Of a DNA stretch of 64,000 bases, positions 55,721 to 64,000 are shown in pieces. The position numbers and the translations under genes were made by a program. How positions within the stretch are numbered: the first letter of the stretch is position 1; every line of letters starts with the position of its first letter. Under the pieces are notes generated by a model. The model had not been told where the DNA came from and did not search any database. It saw nothing but the letters and a program-made list of their open reading frames with translations. This DNA is from Lingula anatina (taxonomy: Eukaryota > Animalia > Brachiopoda): NCBI GenBank assembly GCA_051362555.1, contig CM120647.1, positions 11,260,651 through 11,324,650 on the forward strand, read 5' to 3'.

Positions 55721-56512
55721 TTAGACAAAGCCAAAAGCTTTTGTTTTGATGGCCATGAGTAGTTTACTCCTTAATATGACCTTGCTTGAGTACAGGGGAA
55801 TATACAGTCGACTGATACACGTGTTGGCTGTGGGGAGATGGTTGTCGTCTGCCGGGCGCACAGTGATGGTTGGCATGGGTTGGAATCCTTCCTCACTGGC
55901 CGGGAGAGCGGGACTGGACGTCCAGAAATAGACCTGAGGATGTGTGATTAAAATGGTAAAAATACTGAGGTTGAAGACACATCCTGAACTGATGAAATCT
56001 GATATTTTCTGAATTAGAGCTCAAGTTTATAAACAACTCACAGAAGTTAGAATCAGATCTGTATCAAGGCTGGCCAGGAAAACACCTGGGCATTATACAT
56101 GACAAAATGAAGAAATACATCAAAGTGAAAGTGAATAGTGGAATAATTCCTTTAAAATAGGAATGAAAGTTTGACAAGAGAATGTCTGATTGCCTCACTT
56201 AAATCCTCCACCCTCCTTAAAAACAAAGAGACCGGGTTGTGTCTGGTTATTTCAAAATCAGTAAACCATACTATTATAAATATGTCTCTAGTTATTGTAA
56301 CAAAAGGGCCACCAATCACTGACCAAGTCCTGCCTCTCGTGGTTGGTCATCTTCTCCACCACTGACCAGAACCATCTCTTGAACCGCTGGACCTTCTCTC
56401 CGCCCTCACCTGGAGATACAACATATTTTATTATTGTACACATCTAAAGATATAACATACTTCATCATTATACATAGAGATGTTATCCAACTATAACAAA
56501 ATATTTGGTTAT

Positions 56513-56543
<31 letters not shown>

Positions 56544-59500
56544 GAAATTGAGTATCTGCACTTGGAATATATGTCAAATAATACACTGTCACCCTTTGTG
56601 TATGTATATCAAGCTCGTTAGAACAAAATCATTAAATTCTGAACTGACCGCTCTCGTCATTAAATGAGGTGTAGCTGATCAGGCTCTGGACGTCGATGTC
56701 TCCAACTCCGTTGAGCAGCAGTCTGAAATCCTCCGCGGTCAGCGTGTCCAGCCCGTTCTTAGGAATGACATCAAATACTCCCTGCCTCATGCTCTGCAAC
56801 AGAACAGATGTCAGAAGACATGAAACACACTTGTCTTTGACTTAAAGTGGAGAGAGAGAGAGAGAGAGAGAGAGAGGACCAATTTTGGTTCTTTATACTG
56901 TTAGTAAAACCAGTTCCAGTTTATCAAGGTAGTCAAAGCTTACCTCCATGGCCTTCTCGGCCACCCGCACCATCCTGTATTCCGCATACCGCCTCACGTA
57001 GTCATGGACGTTCTGGGCATTCACTTCAATCTCAGCGCCACCTGGTAGCAGCTCTACTGTCTCACCACCCTGAAACATGCACATAGACGTTATAATAAAA
57101 CGTCTTAAGAGTTGCAGCATACTTTTACTCAAAATTTCTAGAGCAAAAGCACAAAAAACTCCAATAATCTACCAAGAAACATTTTCCAGGTATTGCCCAA
57201 TTCTGCACCTGTTCTGGGTGCGAAATTAAGGGACTCAAATAAACAATCAAATTCCCCAGCATACCTCTTCAAGGGAGAGTTCAACACTAAACGTCAGATC
57301 CAGAGCAGCAAACATCAACGAAGCATCTTTGGTCTCGGAGTCTAGCACCAGTTGTCGCAAGCTCTCGTACATCACAGGATCAAAGAAGGCAAGGTCGTGC
57401 CAGCCTATCCTGCGACCCAAGATGTACTTGATCACATGGCGATTCAGGAAGAGAGGACACATGTCGTTTTGTAGCAGACATAGGCCTATTATTCTGTGAT
57501 TTTAAAAATAAAATTGGGTTAACTTTTAGGAAACAAAATGATGAAGAATTCACAAGAGTAAATTACAGTCCAAAAATAGTATGATAATAAAAATGGATCA
57601 CTGTTACTAAAAACTACTCATAATCAAGTTGCCATTATGAAAAAACCTCGAAGGTAAAATTTTTTAGGTAAAAACCGCTTCATCTTGCTAGTTTTTTTTT
57701 TCTTAAAACACATATCAGCTCCAAAGGTGTTTGGACAAAGCAAAAAAAATTTAAAATTCAACTTTTTTGGTGAATTTTTCAATGATGAATTACTACTATA
57801 AAGTTGTTATCATTAATATTTAATCTAGTACAAAAACACATACATACCTCCCAACATTTCTAAACAAGTTCAATCTTTCTAGTGAATTCTTCCCAGGTCT
57901 TGGGGAATAAAACCCTCGTTTCCCTGGCTGCCAAAAAAGGGCAGCACTGTCGTCCTCTTCCTCCTCCAAGTCACTGGCCCTGGACCCGGCTGAGGAACCA
58001 GATTTCTTGGTCTTGTCAGCAGACAGGTTGAAGATGTCCAGATCCAGCAGAGCATCAGCATTCATTTCCCTGGGGACAGATACGTATATACTAAATACAC
58101 AACAACATGCCCAGAGACAGCTAAGGGGTAGCATTATTTTTTTAAATATTTAAAGGGAACCTGTACATGTTTTCCACACAAATACCTTAATAAAGACAAG
58201 ATACCTCCCCACAATATGTATTGATATTTAGGTAATGGCTCACAAAATTAGTTTATATCTATAATTGTAATAAAATTATATTTATAATATTTGTTCAAGA
58301 CATATCATTACATGTTACTCTCCCAGCCATACTTTATTATCATGTCCTTGGTCAAAGTCTCTGTCAAAACTCCCCTCCACCCCGACCCCCTTCATAACTA
58401 GAGGATCAGAGAGGCGATACCGCCTCCGAATATTGTACCACCAGCTGGAGCAAGCGCATTCGTATAGACCCCCACATACACAAGATAAGGGACACAGCCA
58501 CCAGTTTTGTGCTTGACAAGCTGTAAAAATGCAATCAACAAAATTTAAACTATTGCAAAAAATATATATGGTACAATCAAATTTAAGTTCTTCGTAAGGT
58601 AGGTCAAGGGTCAATTTCAAGGTCACAGTAAATTGCCAGTATATGACTTCCTATTCAAGTTCAAGAGTAACTATGGACCTATCTCTGTCAAGTTTGAAGT
58701 TAAAAGAGAAAGAAATTAGCAGAGTTCAGTTCATGATAAAAAGTAGGTCAAAGGTCAATTTCAAGGTCACATTTAGATTGCCAGTATATGACTTTCTATT
58801 CAAGTTCAATAGTAACTATGGACCTATCTCTGCCAGTTTTGGAGATAAAAGGGAAGCAAAATTTGCAAAGTTCAGTTTATGGTGAAAAGTAGGACAAAGG
58901 TCAATTTTAATGTCACATTTATAATGCCAGTATATGACTTCCTATTCAAGATCAATAGTAACTACGGACCTATCTCAGCCAGTTTTGGAGATAAAAGGAA
59001 AGCAAAATTTGCAAAATTCAGTTTATGGTGTAAAGTAGGTCAAAGGTCAATTTTAAGGTCACATTTGGATTGCCAGTATATGACTTCCTTTTCAAGTTCA
59101 ATAGTAACTATGGACCTATCTCTGCCAGTTTTGGAGATAAAAGGGAAGCAAAATTTGCAAAATTCAGTTCATGGTGAAAAGTAGGTTAAAGGTCAATTTC
59201 AAGGTCACATTTAGATTGCCAGTATATGACTTCCTATTCAAGTTCAATAGTAACTATGGACCTATCTCTGCCAGTTTTGGAGATAAAAGGAAAGCAAAAT
59301 TTGCAAAGTTCAGTTCATGGTGAAAAGTAGGTTAAAGGTCAATTTCAAGGTCACATTTAGATTGCCAGTATATGACTTCCTATTCAAGTTCAATAGTAAC
59401 TACGGACTTATCTCAGCCAGTTTTGGAGATAAAAGGAAAGCAAAATTTGCAAAGTTCAGTTCATGGTGAAAAGTAGGTCAAAGGTCAATTTCAAGGTCAC

Positions 59501-62500
59501 ATTTAGATTGCCAGTATATGACTTCCTATTCAAGTTCAATAGTAACTATGGACCTATCTCAGCCAGTTTTGGAGACAAAAGGGAAGCAAAATTTGCAAAA
59601 TTCAGTTCATGGTAATAAGTAGGTTAAAGGTCAATTTCAAGGTCACATTTAGATTGCCAGTATATGACTTCCTATTCAAGTTCAATAGTAACTATGGACC
59701 TATCTCTGCCAGTTTTGGAGATAAGAGGGAAGCAAAATTTGCAAAGTTCAGTTTATGGTGAAAAGTAGGTCAAAGGTCAATTTTGAGGTCACATTTAGAT
59801 TGCCAGTATATGACTTCCTATTCAAGTTCAATAGTAACTACTGACCTATCTCAGCCAGTTTTGGAGATAAAAGGAAAGCAAAATTTGCAAAATTCAGTGC
59901 ATGGTGTAAAGTAGGTCAAAGGTCAATTTTAAGGTCACATTTAGATTGCCAGTATATGACTTCCTATTCAAGTTCAATAGTAACTACGGACCTATCTCAG
60001 CCAGTTTTGGAGATAAAAGGAAAGCAAAATTTGCAAAATTCAGTTCATGGTGTAAAGTAGGTCAAAGGTCAATTTTAAGGTCACATTTTGATTGCCAGTA
60101 TATGACTTCCTATTCAAGTTCAATAGTAACTATGGACCTATCTCTGCCAGTTTTGGAGATAAAAGGGAACCAAAATTTGCAAAGTTCAATTCATGATAAA
60201 AAGTAGGTCAAAGGTCAATTTCAAGGTCACATTTAGATTGCCAGTATATGACTTCCTATTCAACCTCAATAGAAACTATGGACCTATCTCTGCCAGGTTT
60301 GGAGTTAAAAGAGAAAGAAATTAGCAGAGTTCAGTTCATGGTGAAAAGTAGGTCAAAGGTCAATTTCAAGGTCACATTTAGATTGCCAGTATATGACTTC
60401 CTATTCAAGTTCAATAGTAACTATGGACCTATATCTGCCAGTTTTGGAGATAAAAGGGAAGAAAAATTTGCAAAGTTCAGTTCATGGTGAAAAGTAGGTC
60501 AAAGGTCACTTTCGAGGTCATAGTAAGATTGCCAGTATATGACTTCCTATTCAACTTCAATAGTAACTATGGACCTATCTCTGCCAGTTTTGGAGATATA
60601 AGGGACTAAATGTTATAATTTTGGAGTTACCATAATGTGCCTTAAATTTCGTACAGAAAAAATTAATTAAAATAAAGAAAATGTCATTTTGGTCAAAATT
60701 CTTGAAATAGGAGGTGCTCTGAAGTTTCAGAAGTTCAAATTTGATGAAATAATGTCATTTTTGAACACAAGTTGTCTGCTTTGCCAAGCCTTATGTTTTA
60801 TTTTTCCAGAGTTCAAAATTTATTATCCATTACCGTACTGCACATTTTGCTTTTACCACCAATATGTACTTTTTGATACAGCGTAACTCGAAAACCGTAT
60901 GGAATACAAAAAAACCGAGACCACCTCCAGTGTTGGGCTTTACATGCTCTACAAAATGCAAAAAAGAATGGGTCTCTAGCATTAACGGTTCCCGAATTAG
61001 AGACAGTTTTCAGTTTCGGTATCTTATGGCCGCTACTCCCGTGAAAATGCACCGATTGACCCCAAATTCATGGAGATGAAAGATGACCTAAAGGGTAACA
61101 CCTTCCAATAATATTATTGGTTAAGTCTGTGTGGTGTCTGAATAACAGGGCAAAAAAAATTTTTTTCGTAAAAAATTTCATTTTTTTGAAAATTTTGGCC
61201 CATTTGACCTTGAAGTAAAGGTCAAATCCAAGGGTATATTTGAAATCTACACATATGACTTTTGGAAAGCCGTCTATAGAAATTTTTCCCATAACTCCTT
61301 CTGTAGGGTAGATAATTACCATTTAATTTTGCCATTTTTAGACAAGGGTGCATTGCAATGAGTGCCACACCCAGACCCCAATACCGACAAAGCCCAAATT
61401 TTACGTGGAACGAGTTGAGATTATAGGTGACCTAAATCCATGAGATGGGTACGGGGGCCCTTACCGTCTAGGAGGAGAAGCGGTAACGGTAGCCGTCCGG
61501 CGGAGCCGGCGGAGCCAACGGAACGATCCGGACGGGACCGAAACCATGTGTACCGCCAGCGCTAACGCTGGTGGTACAATAATTGTCCAAACCATTCTTT
61601 AGCCCCCCTTCACCTCCTTGTCCAATGCTTAATCCAGTCTTGGACTTCATCTCTCTCTCTCTCTCCTTACCTCCCATGGGTCATAATAATGTCCACCGCC
61701 TCGTCCACTCTCTGTCTTAGGCTCTCCTCAGAGGCCAGTAACATCAGGAGCTGGGCCGGGGACAGTTCCAGCAGCATGCCTGTGATCTTAGGGGCCAAAG
61801 ACTAGAACAAAGAAAAAGTTTGACTTTATTAAAAGAACAAAGAAACATCTTGTTTATAATTTTGCTTTGCGTTATATATCCAGCAAAAAGAATAAAGATA
61901 TTAAATTTCATATGCAATACACTTCCCAAGTTTCATAGACTGGTGCAGATTTGTCTACTCAAGTTGGTTTTTGTATGTTAATTTTCTCTCTCCCAGTTGT
62001 ATATATTATATTGTATTATAATACCCCTGTCACTACATCTCTACTAACAGGCTGTAGATTGGCTAATTTAGGAAAGTCTCTCTTCCAGTTGTATATATTA
62101 TATTGTATTATAATACCCCTGTCACTACATCTCTACTTACAGGCTGTAGATTGGCTAATTTAGGAAAGTCTCTCTCCCAGTTGTATATATTATACTGTAT
62201 TATAATATCCCTGTCACTAACTGTCTACTTACAGGTTGTAGATTGGCTACTTTGGGAAACAGTCTCTCTCTCAGTTGTATAATATTATATTATATTATAA
62301 TACCCCTGTCACAAACTCTCTACTTACAGGTTGTAGATTGGCTACTTTAGGGAACAGTCTCTCTCTCAGTTGTATATATTATATTGTATTATAATATCCC
62401 TGTCACTAACTCTCTACTTACAGGTTGTAGATTGGCTACTTTAGGGAACAGTCTCTCTCCCAGTTGTCTCCTGTGAGCAGAGAAGTGGTCAGTGTCGGTG

Positions 62501-64000
62501 GTGCTATCTTGGGTGCCGCCATCTGTTGGCAGGTAGAATGGAGGTGCATCATAATTCAGTGCTCGTCTGGCTTCCCGGCTGCGCTGGCGACTGAGGTTCC
62601 GTAGACGTTCTCTCTCACGTTCTCTTTCTCGTTCTCTTGATCGAAGCCTCTGCATCAGATCTAAGAGAAATAAGTTGATTAGTTGTGGATGCTACTGACC
62701 TTCCTGCCAATTTGAAGTAGCCCATAAAACTTGAACAATATTTAACTATCAGGAGGCAGATTAAACCATTTGCCTGGTTACAATAACTAAAACAAAGCAC
62801 AAACTTACTATACTGCATGCCCTTTGTTCCAACAAGACACCCCTCCAGACTCGGCAATTTCTCACTAGATGTCACCGCCTGTGCGAAAGCCGTGTAAAAA
62901 CTCCTGGCGACCCCAGAGCCCTCTCCCGGCTCATCTTTAAATGCCACTTTAATTCTATGTACGGCCAGCGGCTGCTCCGTCCCTGTCTTCCTGTTGTAGT
63001 GAGTGTTTAGCTGCTTCACTGTCTGCTGTATCAGGCTGTTACGATCTCGCTCAACCTGACACAAAAAAAAACATCTCTCTTTATGTATTACAATAGCATA
63101 ATTTATTTTAAGTAAAAACCACTTACAAGACAAGTTGTATGCACCAGTGTAATTATTCCTGCATATCGGAGATAATTACAATCAAGAATATCACAGACGG
63201 TGAACACTTGGTCGGTAACCTTGATAGTCACACAGCTTGTATTTAGATCAATAAGATAATTTTCATACTTGTAGAGAGAAATTACTGTTGCATTGAAAAC
63301 TCATGGTTCCTTAGTTAAAAGAGGAATAAAATAAAAAAAAGAACACTAAATGATATATACATATAAAAACAATAAACAAACAGAAAACTTTTCACTGACC
63401 TCTAGAGATAAATCCCTCTGCTGGGAATTCCTCAATTTCTCCATATCTCTCCTAAACCTGCTCTCCTTTACTGGGAATCCACCAAGTTCACTGATCACTG
63501 ACCCTGGCTCTGCGCCCACGTCATCGCAGAACACGCGCCCAAACAGGTCCAGGGTGAGCCGCCATCTTCCCAGCAGGATGTCATGTGACACCATCTGGCC
63601 TAATGTGTTCTGGGTTCTGAAATCGTGCAACAGTTGATGTCAAATATTCACAATAATATCTAAACCATTAGATATCACAAAAATAGACAGAAAACTTGAT
63701 GCAAAATGTAAAATAATAATAATAATAAATAATAAGAATTATTTTAAAATGGTAATCAGATCTTTTGTATTCACAGTCACTTCTTGCCTGCATGGTTGTC
63801 TTAAAGTGTTAGCTCTATTAAACTGTGCATCAAATGGAAGTAAAACCATCTTACCAAAATTGTATGAGAGAATGTTTACTATAAGTAAATGTAAATTCTA
63901 CCTGGCAGTGCTTATATTAGGCTGTACACTGGAAGTCTCTACAACAACAGTGTTGGACACGTTTTCATTAGCACCCACTAGATCCACTGTGGTGTCTGAC
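55721..64000 (-). CDS. UBR5: E3 ubiquitin ligase UBR5/EDD/hyd, 3' part (MLLE/PABC and HECT domains)
   Basis: Exons >64000-63902, 63616-63400, 63055-62809, 62660-62422, 61801-61671, 58069-57848, 57493-57265, 57069-56944, 56793-56649, 56409-56324, 55933-55721, all phase-consistent. Motifs: [54 protein letters not shown] (catalytic Cys), KTKAFGFV*. Confidence 0.95.
58396..61582 (-). mobile_element. Complete Helentron/HINE-like element (~3.2 kb) in UBR5 intron
   Basis: SubTIR TATTGTACCACCAGC (58431-58445) with inverse GCTGGTGGTACAATA (61567-61581). Hairpin GAGGCG-ATAC-CGCCTC (58411-58426) lies just inside CTAG (58398-58401). Second copy at 1-1253. Confidence 0.85.
58595..60605. repeat. 146-bp satellite array, about 14 units, inside the HINE
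   Basis: AAGTAGGTCA register recurs at 58741, 58887, 59033 ... 59763 ... 60201 (146-bp spacing). Confidence 0.95.
61985..62467. repeat. ~91-95-bp tandem repeat built from the UBR5 exon end plus splice donor (5 units)
   Basis: CTACTTACAGG.TGTAGATTGGCTA...TCTCTC.CAGTTGT repeats. The unit at ~62373-62467 overlaps the true exon end. Confidence 0.9.

Noticed and set aside
58595-60605. CRISPR-like regular array
   Set aside because: The units are contiguous near-identical repeats without unique spacers, in a eukaryotic intron, with no cas genes.

Overview
This is AT-rich, intron-containing animal genomic DNA, most likely a marine invertebrate such as a mollusc (inferred from gene content and repeat types). 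All gene models were assembled by hand from GT-AG signals and frame continuity. (1) An unidentified minus-strand gene has a probable promoter and first exon near 21.7 kb and a first coding exon at 4078-4266. (2) A novel 8-exon type II membrane protein with an Asp/Ser-rich (ADISSDSK)n stalk lies at 24342-34410 (+). (3) A 7-exon NIT-domain transmembrane guanylyl cyclase lies at 38064-43133 (+). (4) An intronless clan-CD (caspase-fold) His/Cys protease-like ORF at 48902-49768 (+) has a perfect in-frame splice route into (5) a TRAF2/3-like RING-ZnF-coiled-coil-MATH gene (50162-52241, +). Together these predict a roughly 766-aa protease-TRAF fusion behind canonical NF-kB sites, which is the top finding. 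(6) The 3' part of UBR5/hyd (MLLE + HECT) runs from 55721 to the window end (-). Mobile DNA includes two copies of a Helentron/HINE-like element with a 146-bp satellite rich in AGGTCA sites, a decayed Tc1 transposase, and a Penelope-like retroelement remnant with a minimal hammerhead ribozyme motif. There is also a TIR element holding a RecQ helicase motif (AcademH-like) and many palindromic MITEs. The two ends of the window look CpG-depleted relative to the middle.
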